Positions 12,321 to 25,530 of a DNA stretch of 64,000 nt are shown piece by piece (positions within the stretch are counted from its first letter, which is position 1; each line of letters starts with the position of its first letter). The notes under the pieces are model-generated. The model did no database searches and was not told the DNA's origin. It saw nothing but the letters and a program-made list of their open reading frames with translations. Source of the DNA: Octopus sinensis (Eukaryota); NCBI RefSeq assembly GCF_006345805.1, contig NC_043002.1, forward strand, positions 77,066,001 to 77,130,000. Direction: 5' to 3'. The position numbers and the translations under genes are program-made.

Positions 12321-14549
12321 TGTGTGTGTGTGTGTGTGTGTACATGCATACATATGTACATACATAGTATAAAAAAGACATACAAAGATGATGTAGAAAA
12401 AAACACAGAGTGAATTATGTTGATGCTCAGGAAAATTGAAGGAAGTCTTGACTGTTTCAAGCATGCACTCTTCTATGGAAAGGCTAGATGAGAAGAGAAA
12501 AAAATAGAGAGAAAGGAACAAATATGTTTCAATTAAATGGTCACCACATGTTGAAAATATATATAGTTTTTGAAACAGTATTTATCTCTTGACACACTGC
12601 AATCTTCTGGTGAGAAGGTCACAGTAGAAGGGAATTCAAATCACACGGATAAATGATTAGTTTCAATAAACCATATGCTCTACAAAATGTATTGAGCCAT
12701 CCTCTCTCTTATGTTCAACACAATTCAGCATTTGTATACACACACACACACACACACAAACACAAACATACTCATACACATTAATGTGTGTGAGTGTTTA
12801 TATCTTTCATCATTGTATATTGGTGGAGGATGCAAGCATATATGAGGCACGGGAGTTCTTTATATGAAATCTATAGCATTGTGTTATTAATGCTCACTTG
12901 TCACTCTTGCTGTCAGAAACACTGTGAACCAGGGCTTGGTTCACTGGAAATGTAATCAATGATGTCACTGTTCACAAATTACTGTATTAAATGAATCAAA
13001 AACTCATTATTCTATCATTGCATACTTTCCCCACTATGTCCTTAAAATCTGTTTTACATCACTGGGTTTTGCAAACATAGGCATTTGCTTAGGTTTTAGT
13101 GGAGAGGAGCTGGCACTTCTCCTGCAGTTAGGTTGCGTGAGGCGCACATTGTAATGGTGTGAATTATCTGGGATCATACAACCACACAGTCACACGACAA
13201 TGTAACCAATAGCAAAACATCACAAACATCTCATCATCAAGCTTTTGTTTATTGGAGAAAAAATAACAATAACAAACAGAATTTAAATTCTCATAAAGAA
13301 AGTTATGTTAATTATTTATTCATTGCTATTTTTATCAATAAATTATTGGTTTTTCACATTCTTAAATTTCCATTCTTGTTATAATTGAATATTATAAGAT
13401 CAGTAAGTAGGAGAGGAAAAGAAAATAAGTCTCTCTTACGTGAGAAAAGATCACTATGGTTCCTTAGTTTGATTTTTGTAAAATATATAATACCAGCTTT
13501 TCAGTTATAAACTCCATAATTTTTCTATTGGCTGTTAAACAAAACAAAATATTGTGATTGCTATTATTATTTCAGACTCACTTTACACTCTTTTTATATT
13601 TTGGTAATATTTTAAATATTTGAGAAACATCAAAAATGTTTATTCGTTTTATTTATTCGTTTTATTTAATTTAATTTATTTATTAAAACAAAAACTCATT
13701 TTCAATTGTTTATAACAAATCTCTTTATATTAAATTGACTGGATTAGTTTATGTATATTATCTTTTTTTATGTATTTAGTTTTCCTGTAGCTTATATATG
13801 AAATTATTATTTTTTTAAATAGGATTAATTTCATCTTTTTTTATAATAGTCTTTTTTTTATATTTATGATTTGTAATTTTTTGTTAACCATTTAAATGCC
13901 TCACTATTATTCTTTTGTTAATATTAATTCCACTTGGAAAAACATAATGATCTTGTTTTTATTATTCCCTTTAATATAAAAACAATCTTATGTTAACGTT
14001 GAGTGTTTCTTTTCTCTTTTTTTATATTTTATACTAAACTTTTTTGGTTCTTAGTCTTCATAGCTATTTTCTAATACAATATTTTACAACAGTAACAATA
14101 GCAACTGCAGAAGTGTTCCTCCTCTGACAAACTAATCGAAGAGAAATAACATACACAAACATCCAGCCAGCCAACCATTCAGCCAGCCAGCCATAGAAAC
14201 ATTCAAATATGCACACACATTAATTCCCATTTCACAGCAAGCACATGCCTTAATAATGTGTGTGCACATGCTGTTTGATTTGACTCTCAACATGTTGCAG
14301 AATATAAAATATATTATTAGCTTAATTTAGGATATCAAGCATTTTGCTACAAGGATGTGCAGCAAATATCATTATTAAAACATTTTAAACTTGAGTGAAC
14401 TAATCTACAAAATGTCTGCCAGCAGAAAGGTAAAATACCATTTACTGCCAAAAAATTTTTTTTAAATGCTAAAATGGTGAGAAAATAATGAGCTAATGTC
14501 TGTCTGCCTCATTCTCAAGTCTTTCTCTCTCAAGTCTCTCTCTTTCAAG

Positions 14550-14582
<33 letters not shown>

Positions 14583-15044
14583 TTCTCTCTCTCTCGCTCT
14601 CTCTTATATGGATGTATGGTGGATTCTTCTGTTGTAAATGACAGATGAGTTCTTAGCCAGAATTCAACCATATTGGACTGCCAATTTACTGAATTACCCA
14701 TGCAGATGATATGTTTGCAATTATCAAATATCTGAGCAGTACTTTAGCTCAATCTTTCCATCAAATCGACATTACTTGGACAGGGGCACATTGTGCCACA
14801 TGTTATATGTCACAGCGATCATAGACCATATTGAGAATATTAGGCTTGTTCTATCTTACTGGTCTATACTCATAAAAAGTATGGTGTCATTTCCAATGGA
14901 CCATTCTGGGTACAAAATGGGGTGGAATACCCACGATGATCTGTGAAGATGTTTACTCAAGTACCAATGAAGAACCCTCATACCTCTGTGCGTGTGTGTG
15001 TGCATGCATGCGGGCGTGCATGTGTACATGCATGCATGTGAATT

Positions 15045-15400
15045 TCAGCAGTTGAAACCATGTCAGAACAGACTAAGGAACATGATGCAGTCCTCTAACA
15101 AGTCAAATTCTATCAAGCCATTTCACCCATGCCAGCATGGAAGATGGACATAAACGATGATGATGATAATGATGATGGTCATGATATATATTCAGCAGCA
15201 ACACCGTTGTTGGTTTAACATCCACTTTTCCATGCTTTCATAGATCAGATAGAATCTAGTGAGGCAGATGTCCTAAGATTGGATGCTCTTCCTGTCATCA
15301 AGCCTTAACTGTTTCCAAACAAAGTAATATTTCCCTATGGCAGACATCTTTCCATGGCAGTTTGGACAATGTTTGTATGACAGTGACACTTTTTCTTTTA
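15045..15400. mobile_element. Two RTE-type tails in tail-to-tail orientation
   Basis: CCATGCCAGCATGGAAGATGGACATAAAC(GAT)n on +, followed by GGTTTAACATCCACTTTTCCATGC..GGATGCTCTTCCTG, the reverse-strand form. Confidence 0.65.
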
Positions 15401-15718
15401 CTCTTTTCCTCTTTTACTTGTTTCAGTCATTTGACTGTGGCCATGCTGGAGCAATGCCATTAGTCACTATGATCTTGATCACCTATGCACATAGAAACTT
15501 GGTGGCAGGTTCTATGAGTCCAAGAACTCAAGACAGTAATGTTCAGGAGGTGATGGTGATGATGATGATGATGAGGAGGAGGAAAGACTGAGTTGACCTC
15601 TTTGATAACTGAAATCAGAATATAAAGAACTGGAACAGTTCCTATACAACATTTTTCCAATGCTGAAACGATACTGCCAATTAACCAACATACTAGCTTA
15701 CTTGAATGTGTGTGCACA

Positions 15719-15780
<62 letters not shown>

Positions 15781-16758
15781 TGTATGTGTGCGTGTGCATG
15801 TGTAGTGGTGATGTTAGGAAAGAGGAAATGATGGTATAGAAGAAAGGAATAGTGGCATTGGATGAATGAGTGCAAAGATAGTGGATTAAGACTCTTTTGT
15901 TTAAAAGTACAATAGAAAATTAGAAAGAGAGAGAGAGAGAGAGAAACTGATAAATGTACAAGAAAAATGCTGAAAAATATGGAAAACATAGAAATATTAC
16001 TTGAAAGATTTGGTGTATAGGAAAAAGGAAAAGAATATGAACTGAAAAAGTAGGAGAGGAGGAGTAGGGCAAAAGAGGAAGAGGAAATTAACTGAAAAGA
16101 GAGGGAGAGAGAGAGTGTGTGTGTGAGAGAGAGGGAGAGAGTGTGTGTGTGAGAGAGCGAGAGAGAGAGAGAAAGAGAGAAACACACAAACACACATATA
16201 TATATATGTGCATGAACATACATACATAAGGTGAACAGGATAAAGATGAACTAATAGACTAGGTAGAAGCATGAAAAGCAGGCAATACAGAGGAAGTGGG
16301 AGAGGGGAGTTAGAAAGAGAGCAGGAGGTAAGACAGAAGAGACAAGAATAAGCAAAAGAAAACAAAAAAAAAGGAGGTACTAAGAAATAAATAAAATAAA
16401 GTTAGGGTGTTGGTGAAAGGAGGATAAATAAAAAATTAAAATATAAATTAGATAAGGAAAAATCCATATTTAAGAAAAAAATCAAAATAACAAAACAAAA
16501 ACAAGGCACATGCAAATAAACATGTTTTAAATGATTGTTTTGAATCAATATCTGGAGAACATCATCAAATTTACAGTTTGCCAATGCTGTGATTGGAGGA
16601 AAGATTGACTAGGATAAGATAGATATCACAGTTTGTCAGCAGAAAGTAGCAAACGCTCCGGATGTAGGCATATAGATACAATCAATAAGGGTGCACTTTG
16701 AAAGTAATGAGTGAAAAATTATGACAAAACAAACAAAAAGGATGTACATACATGCATA

Positions 16759-16919
16759 CGTGGTAAGTAGATTGCTTACCAACCACATAGTTCTGGGTTC
16801 AGTCCCACTGTGTGACACCTTGGGCAAGTGTCTTCTACTATAGCCTCAGACCGACCATAGCCTTGTGAGTGGATTTGGTAGACTGAAACTGAAAGTAGCT
16901 CATTGTATATGTGTATATG

Positions 16920-16961
<42 letters not shown>

Positions 16962-17158
16962 TGTGTTTGTCCCCCCCAACATCTCTTGACAACTGATGCT
17001 GGTGTGTTTACATCCCCATAACTTAGCGGTTCGGCAAAAGACCCCGATAGACTAAATACTAGGCTTACAAAGAATAAGTCCTGGGGTTGATTTGCTTGAC
17101 TAAAGATGGTACTCCAGCATGGCCGCAGTAACAAGTAAAATAGTAAAAGAGTAAAAGA
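16759..17158 (+). mobile_element. SINE family B with internal (TG)n
   Basis: GTGGTAAGTAGATTGCTTACCAACCAC..ACCTTGGGCAAGTGTCTTCTACTATAGCC..(TG)n..CCAGCATGGCCGCAG. Confidence 0.9.
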
Positions 17159-19175
17159 TATATATATATATATATGAATATGCATGTATGTATGTATGTA
17201 TATATATGCTGCGTGCTAGCACAGAAAACGGACATTAAATGATGATGATGATGCTGTTGCATGCAAAGAAAAAAAACCTACCCTTGTACAGACTTCATAT
17301 AAATTTATTCAATTACAAATAGAAGCAGCTCTAGTGTTGTAAACATTATCAACTGCACATACTTAATGTACGTGTTTTGCTTGTTCACCAGTTCACTGCA
17401 GTATAGTGCTTTGGGGATGACTTCCTTATTGCACTGGTTGTTGAAACACCTGAAAATCATAGAAAGGTTAGACGACTTGCCTCCAGTCCCATTCAGGAGT
17501 GATGGATATCGATAAATTTATATAAGCTACTGAGGATACAACACAATAAAAGCCTAACAATTTTCTGAATGTGAATGCAAGATATTAAATTACTCATAGT
17601 TGACTGATTGGAATTTTACAGCATAGTATAGACATTGTTTAAGACACACACACACACACACGCACACACACACACACACACACAAAGAAGCACTGTATTC
17701 AAATAATTATTACTCATCTAGTACCTCAGAAAAGATGAAAATGAAATTAGTAAGAAGTATGTTATCTATTGGTGGCTGCACTTCTTGCTTATGTTCGAAA
17801 CAGAGGTCATAGCTTGGTTCATAGGTTTATCAATAAGTCCAGCTATCTCTGGTACTACAGTTAATGTTTATATACACAAATAGATTTTTCCAGAACCAAA
17901 TAATATTTGTTCAATAAAGATATGATTTCATTTAAATATAGAGCTGATGGATGGGTAGATAGTACCAATAATGGTAACCCATAATCATTTAGGAAATTAA
18001 CTAAACATCAAAAAGATAATAAAAAGTGAATGATTTGGTTTCTCACTTTTCATTCTCTTTCATATTTGCATCTACAATCATTCTTAGATTCTGTTGTGTG
18101 GTTACTGTTTAGACCCAAGGTTAGCCCTGGTGAAGGGCTGACCATGATAAAAGTGTATCCCAGTTGTGAATGCTCCATCTTATGTTTTGGGTAGGAGTAT
18201 CATAATATGTCTGGGAATATACTATACAATGTTTCTTTACTGTTCTCAAGATAGCAGGGTGTGATATGAGGGGAAATTTCGCTGCTATTTTTAATAGTTT
18301 GAGCAACAACATAAAGATTTTCCTGTTAGCTTATTCATTCTTAGTTTTAAGTATGTCTTCTACATTCAATGCTAGATTAGTTCTTGAAACCAAAATTTAA
18401 GCTAGTTATTGAAGTTGCAAATCATAAGTGAGGTACCACATGAACAGGATGAAGATGACTGCTGTTGGATATCAGGAAATAAGGAAAATCAGTCAGTAAT
18501 CATTAAAAAAAAACTGTATGAACCCCTCTGCATGAGGGAGTCATGTAAAAAAGTAAGAACTGATAAAAACTGCTTCAGATTGAAGATATGAAAATAGCAT
18601 AAGCAAACAGCTAAGTATCTATTTTCTCTGAAGTCAGAAAGAAGTTCATATTGAGAACTAATTAAATAAGAAGAAAGTTTGGATTGAATGTAGGGTTATT
18701 TAGAGTTCAGTAATTGTTCCTTTTCATATATGGTACATCAGCAAGCATTCTAGGTCTTTATCATAAACAATTTTCTAGTATCCTTTCATTAATGATTCCT
18801 CCCCAACCCCAATTTCCTTACCCCATTTTGCCCATTATTATAGTCAAGATTTTGTAGGTTATTAAGTTTTAAAGGCTTAAATAAATGAAAATCAAAACCA
18901 CGAGATAGAAAGAATTAACCATATAAAAAGTAATGAAATGGGTCAGATAATTTAGGGTATTGGAAATTCAATTTTGTTTCAAATAAAAGTAAAATAAACA
19001 TTCCCTATTTATTTTCATAGCCATTGAGTCAAAAGTAATATCCAAACATCTTAAAGTTTCTGAGCTTTATATTAGGAAAGAAGTTCTTTTACTGGTGTTG
19101 CAATACATTCCTAGGCTAAATGCATTATCCTACTTACTTTCAAAAAAAAGAAATATTAATAATAATGATGATATT

Positions 19176-19378
19176 AATAATCTTTTCTACTCTAGGCACA
19201 AGGCCCAAAATTTTGGGGGAGGGGGGCCAGGCAATTAGATCAACTCCAGTATGCAACTGGTACTTACTTTATTGAACCTGAAAGGCAAAGTTGACTTTGA
19301 ACTCAGAATGTAAAGACAGACGAAATACTATTAAGCATTTCGTCCAGCATATTAACGATTCTGCCAGCTTGCTGTCTT
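19176..19378 (-). mobile_element. SINE family A copy
   Basis: Reverse complement of the family A body, with 3' end GGCCTTGTGCCTAGAGTAGAAAAGATTATT. Confidence 0.85.
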
Positions 19379-19420
19379 GATGATAATAATGATAAACTAA
19401 GACTGTAGTGGATATATATT

Positions 19421-19637
19421 GGTTTCAAATTTTGTTACGAGCCTAGCAAGTTTGGGGGGAAATGATAAGTCAATGACATCAACCCTAGTGTTCAACTAGT
19501 ACTTATTTTATCAACCCTGAAAGGATGAAAGGCAAAGTAGACCCCAGCAGGATTTGAACTCAGAATGTACAGACAGATGAATTACCACTCAGTATTTTAC
19601 CAGGCATGCTAACAATTCTGCCAGCTCACCTCCATAC
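19421..19637 (-). mobile_element. SINE family A copy with degenerate 16-bp TSD
   Basis: GTAGTGGATATATATT (19405-19420) versus GCAGTGAATACATATT (19638-19653). Confidence 0.85.
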
Positions 19638-19980
19638 GCAGTGAATACATATTAATTTTATATTAGAATAAATGATTGCAAGCATGAATGAGTGGTTAAG
19701 AAGTTTACTTTGTAGTTGTATGATTCCAGAGTGTGAAACATTGAGCAAGTGTCTTCTATCATGGGCCCCTTAGGCTGATCAAAGGTTTCTTTCAGTTTCC
19801 AATTTGGTAGACAAAATTTGTGCAAGGCTCACTGTCTGTGGGTTGATTGCAGAATCAGTAGAGTGTTGAATAAAATGCCAGGTGGAATTTCATCACACAT
19901 TCTTTTATGTTCTTAATTTAAATTCTGTTCTGGTCAACAACATCTTTCCTCCTCCTGTGGTCAATGAAGATGGGCAAGGG

Positions 19981-20288
19981 TAAAGACCTTCTTTGGCCAT
20001 GAATGATCAGCCTAGGCATAAGTCCAAGCAAGATTGTTTATGGAAGACCAGCAGTTGCCCATGCATACCAGCCTTCCCTCTTCATGCCACCAATGTCATC
20101 TAAGGGAAAGGCAATGGCTAATATGGCTTGGCACCAATGACATCACAACTAATTTTTACAGCTGAATGAACTGAAGTAAAGTGAAATAAAGTGTCTTGTT
20201 CAAGAACACAACACAAAGCTCAGTCTGAGAATCGAACTCACTACCTCATGATTGTGAGCCTGATACCCTAGCCACTGAACCACGTGCT
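19981..20288 (-). mobile_element. SINE family C copy
   Basis: Colinear homology with 4325-4608. Confidence 0.85.
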
Positions 20289-20411
20289 TTGGGTTTAATA
20301 GCAATCAACTGAATCCTTGATGATTGAAACCATTAAATGAGTAAAAGAACATAACCTTTGTGATTTTATAGAAGAGCTAAATCTGTAGGAAGGATAAATA
20401 AATTTTCTCTA

Positions 20412-20800
20412 TGGGCACAAACATGACTATTTGATTAAGAAGCTTGCTTTCAAGCACTAGGTTTCAGGTTCAGTCCCACTGTGCAGTGTCGTGGGCAAGT
20501 GTCTTCTACTATAGCCCTGAGCCAACCGATGCCTTGTGAGTGAATTTGGTAAATGGAAACTGTACAGGAGCTTGTCATATGTGTATGTGTGTGTGTGTGT
20601 GTCTTTGTGTTTGTCCTGCTATCATCACTTGACAGCTGGTGTTGGTTTGTTTATGTGCCCATAACTTAGTGGTTTGACAAATGAGACCAACAGAATAAGC
20701 ACCAGACTTAAAAACTACTGGGGTCAATATGTTTGACTAAACCCTTCAAGGCTGTGCCCCAGCATGGCTGTACTCCAATGACTGAAACAAATAAAAGATC
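20412..20800 (+). mobile_element. SINE family B copy
   Basis: GGTTCAGTCCCACTG..GGGCAAGTGTCTTCTACTATAGCC..(TG)n..CCCCAGCATGGC. Confidence 0.85.
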
Positions 20801-20911
20801 AAAGATATTGCAAAAACAAAAAAAAAACTGGGTTTGACAAATGATTCTACTCAGGCTAGCAGTAAATATATACATACATACATGCATGCATACATGCATA
20901 CATATATATAT

Positions 20912-20959
<48 letters not shown>

Positions 20960-21872
20960 ACATACACACAGACAAATGGAAAAGGAAGCATGAGGGCAGA
21001 GAGAACAACTTGAAAATCTACCAAAAATCTAAAAGTGTAACAAAAAAAAAAGTCAAGCATTTGCTATAGTGAGATTTATTGCAGATAAAAACAAATTGGA
21101 ATATTATGATTGATGAGAGCTGAAGAAAGATTGTGACATTTTGAAATGCTTTTCCTGCAGTCATTTTCTCAACCAGCTTCCCTACACACCTTTCAGTATC
21201 AAGGCCCTACCAAAGAAAAGTGCATTGAGAATGAAGAGCATATAAAACTGAAGGGGCAAGGTGAAGGGTGCAGGAAGTTAATATATAAGTTAAACATTTG
21301 GTGAGGAAGTAGTAATTTTATCTGAAATGAAATATTTGGCTATATGGCATGACTAATATTTCAAAGATCAGCTAATCTTTCTCTCTCTCTCTCTCTCATT
21401 TCATTTATGTCACGAAACCAGAATATGGATAAGACCAGTATTTATCTTGGGATAAACTGGGATTAGTCTTTTATTTTTTTCTATGATTAATTGTAAACAC
21501 CAGCAAGGGAGAAATCAATGTTGTGATCTTCATGCATTTCACAATTGGCTGTGTAATTAAGAAGCCTCACTTCACAACCATTTGTCTTCGAGTTCAATCC
21601 CTCTGCATGGCACTTCAGACAACTGTCTAATATATCCCCTGATTGACCAATGCCTTGTGAATAGATTTGGTTGATGGAAACTGAAAGAAGCTTGTCCATG
21701 AAACTGTGGCCAGTTATGACGAAGTATTACTTGGCTTGGACATGAGTGAGGATTAGCGACATGAAAGGCATCAAGTCATAAAAGATCTGCTTCAATGAAT
21801 TCATCTGGGCCACTGAAGCATGGAAAATAGACATTAAAATGATGATGTGAGAAATGAAATAGTTGTAACTGA

Positions 21873-22500
21873 ATATTGATTTCAAATTTTGACACAAGGC
21901 CAGCAAATCTAGGTGAGGAGCAAGTTGATTACATCAACCCTAGTGTTTAACTGGTACTTATTTTATCAATTCCTAAAGGATGACAGGCAAAGTCAACCTC
22001 AGCAGAACTTGAACTCACAACATAGCAGCAGACAAAATGCTAACTGCCTTACCTGTCACTGAATATTGGCTTCAAATTTTCGCACAAGGCCAGCGGTTTT
22101 GGAGAATGGGGCTAAGTCAATGACATCAACCCCAGTGCTCCACTGGTACTTATTTTATCGATCCCAAAAGGATGAAAAGCAAAGTTGACCTTGGTGGCAT
22201 TTGAACTCAGGACATAGCGATGAACGAAATACTGCTAAGCATTTTGCTTGGCATACTAACGATTCTTATTTCTTTATTGCCCACAAGGGGCTAAACATAG
22301 AGGGGACAAACAAGAACAGACAAAGGTATTAATTCGATTACATCGATCCCAGTGCATAACTGGTACTTATTTTATCGACCCCGAAAGGATGAAAGGCAAA
22401 GTCGACCTCGGCGGAGTTTGAACTCAGAACGTAACAGCAGATGAAATACCGCTAAGCATTTCACCCAGTGTGCATGCTAACAATTCTGCCAGCTCCCCAC
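21873..22500 (-). mobile_element. Cluster of three SINE family A copies (tandem plus nested)
   Basis: Three cores CTGGTACTTATTTTATC..GGATGA.AGGCAAAGT. Target-like TGTNACTGAATATT occurs at ~21864, ~22054 and ~22507. Confidence 0.85.
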
Positions 22501-22893
22501 GTTAACTGTGACTGAATATTAAAAGCTAGGTTGTAGACTCAGTTTTCTTGGAGCTTATCCTCAAACAACATGGTGCATGCACTGTAGCCTGAATAATGTA
22601 GTATTAAATAAATTAGGCTAAACATCTTTTTAAGCCATATATCTTTTGTTAATACTTTGCATATCTTAGACAATAAAGCTCTTATTTCATTTATAGTTTG
22701 CAAATTCCAAGAGGAGAAACATTAGCATTTCTTGTATCATGCTTCTTGAATTAATGTTTCACCAATGATCTATAATACCCACCATTATATATAAATAATA
22801 TGAGTTGAGAAGTAGCATAAAAAACAAAACTATTATTTCAGGAAAGAATATGGTTTAACTTTGAACAGATGTTCCTGAATCAGTCTGGAGAAT

Positions 22894-22970
22894 ATACATG
22901 CATACATGCATACATACATACATACATACATGCATACATACATACATGCATACATACATACATACATGCA

Positions 22971-23001
<31 letters not shown>

Positions 23002-23002
23002 G
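22894..23002. repeat. (CATA)n/(CATG) tetranucleotide microsatellite
   Basis: Direct inspection. Confidence 0.95.
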
Positions 23003-23399
23003 TAAACAGAAATTTGATATTTTGGACATCAGATAACACCAGTAATAAACCACACCAAGAAATATGATCTCTTTTTAAAAAAATAGGCTCCCAAATCTGG
23101 AATTTCTGCCAAAAGTAATTTCAATTCAAACACCCTTCCTTCCTCTTTTAGAAATTTTTTATTCCTAGATTTTGCTGCGTGATAATTCTTACTATTGTGT
23201 GATTGACAAGAGATGAAAGAAAATTTTTAGTTTGTAAATATTTACAGGTAATTAAACTGAAAAATAATAAACTTGAATAATTACATACATAGAAGTGCTG
23301 GGAGGGGCTTGACAGGTTCAGGCAACTTTCTGCCTTGTTACAGTTCTATGCAAATATAGATATTATCAAGAATTTATATTATGCTTGTAGTTTTTGAAA

Positions 23400-23890
23400 A
23401 TTAGATGGTAAAACTATTTTAATAATTGAGTATCCCCTTGGTTGAAATCCTGGCACTATCCTGCCTCTAGATGGTTGCTCAGATTGCTAGGAGTAGCAGT
23501 CAAAATTCCATTAAATGCATCCAACCATCTTTAAAACAGGAAGGATAAATTTGACAGTGAAATTCCTGGTATATAAAGAAGGGTTGGTCATGGCTGGAAT
23601 TCTGAGCTGACTTGAGGCTAAATAACAACAATTACCTCGGTTAAATTCAGCTAATGTGAGAGTCTTCTCATTGTTGCTTGACCTTCCAGAAATAGCAACC
23701 AAAATCTCCATCACATCACATATTACCTTCTTAAAAAAATTTTTTAAATACATTGTATAATGTTGTCTTAGATGAACAATACCTGAAAATAAGAAAGGAT
23801 AGTCATGGCTGGAACGCCTTTGGTCACAAGTCTGTTTGGTCAGAGCTTATCTGGAACTGAAACATCAACAACAACAATAACAACAACCAA
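23400..23890 (+). mobile_element. Two degenerate copies of a further SINE-like family (E) with (CAA)n tail
   Basis: AAATAGCAACCAAAATCTCC..CTTAAAAA..GGTCATGGCTGGAA..(CAA)n. Related fragments at ~3245-3400, 18120-18310 (-), 46785-46965 (-) and 61375-61530. Confidence 0.6.
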
Positions 23891-25142
23891 TCCTGAGAAA
23901 TGATAATAATTTGAATGCACAAATCCATGAATACAGTAACAGATTGTTATCTTCAATTGTATTTACTTTCTGTTCTATCTATCTTAGTTTCTGGTCCATT
24001 ATAATGATGAACAAAACGTGTCTGTCAGAGTATTTCTCTAATATCATAGCAAGCAAAAACTCATGCAACTTTAATTATTAATAATCACTGGGATTATGGT
24101 TAGTTAATCTTTTTCTTTTTATTTTTACAGTAGATGGCTGTTCTTATTTCTTAACAGAAAGCCACTTGTTTATAGACAGGAACTAAAAGCTGGTTTGAAA
24201 TACCAGAAAACAGTGTGCTAATGTCATTTTATTTAATGAACCATTGTTATTGAGTAATTAATGGATTATCCATGACAATTGTGTACAGCAAACATTTAGA
24301 TTTTTCTGAAGAGACATTGAAAATTAAACAGCCGATGTTTCTAAATATTCAGCTCGTTTTCTTTCTAATTGTAACTCATGCCTCTAATTTGATGAGATGA
24401 ATTAAGGGATTAGCAAGGGTACCATCAAGAAGCTATTGTAATCTCTTTGACTACATCTGGTTCTTGCACAAAATGATATTACATTAAAAAGTCATTACTG
24501 TTATGCATATTATCTGGTATGAAAATAAATGCTAGCTGTTACTACAGGTATATCCTACATTATAAAAATGTTGTGATCCTGAAAGTTGGAATGTATAATG
24601 TGAAACCCATTTTCTATTGACTGCTATGTTATGTAGAAGTCAATGAAGACAGAAGTCATGGGGAAAGGTTTCACTGCATGGAATCTTAGACAACAATAAG
24701 ATATTCAAGTGCAACACTCCTATAATGTGAGGATGTTTCTATTAACTTTCTAATGAGTCGCTACATCCCCATCCATGCACAAAATTTTATCTGCCTTCAA
24801 ATTTGAAACTGCCCCTTGATAAAGACTTTAAGCAGAAAACAAAATATTGTTATACTAGGGGATGGTCATTTTTACATTTTTTTTCTTTGTCAATAAAACA
24901 TTTGAACAACTTATTCAATCTTCATTTTAGTTTTTATACATATTATTTTTAGTTTTTATACATATTATTTTTAGTTTATATGTCTGTCAAGGTTCTTCTG
25001 TCACATGTTCTGTGACTTTGGCTGCGACTCTCTGTCACATGTGTCTCCTTTTGTCCTGCTTATTTCATTTTGTCCTTATATGAATAAAAACTGAAGTGAA
25101 GATCAAATACATAATGCATGTGTTTAATTGGCAAAAAGAAAA

Positions 25143-25530
25143 AGGTGCAGGAGTGGCTGTGTGTGGTAAGTAGCTTGCTTACCAACCACATGGTTCTGGG
25201 TTCAGTCCCACTGCATGGCACCTAGGGCAAGTGTCTCCTACTATAGTCTCGGGCTGACCAAAGTCTTGTGAGTGGATTTGGTAGACAGAAACTGAAAGAA
25301 GCCCGTCGATATATATGTGTATGCACATGTTTGTGTGTCTGTGTTTGTCCCCCCAACATTGCTTGACAACCGATGCTGGTGTGTTTATGTCCCCGTAACT
25401 TAGCGGTTCGGAAAGAGAGACTAATAGACTAAGTACAAGGCTTACAAAGAATAAGTCCTGGGGTCGATTTGCTCGACTAAAGGCAGTGCTCCAGCATGGC
25501 CGAAGTCAAATGACTGAAACAAATAAAAGA
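25143..25530 (+). mobile_element. Full-length SINE family B
   Basis: GGTGCAGGAGTGGCTGTGTGTGGTAAGTAGC head through CAGCATGGCCGAAGTCAAATGACTGAAAC tail. Confidence 0.92.

Noticed and set aside
17450-17530. Upstream minus-strand exon AYINLSISITPEWDWR joined by a GC-AG intron to the Cys-rich candidate
   Set aside because: The phase matches, but the intron would be only 31 nt, too short for a typical metazoan intron.
24305-24335. CTGAAGA...GAAA hammerhead-like spacing (also 42120)
   Set aside because: No stem II or stem I complementarity.
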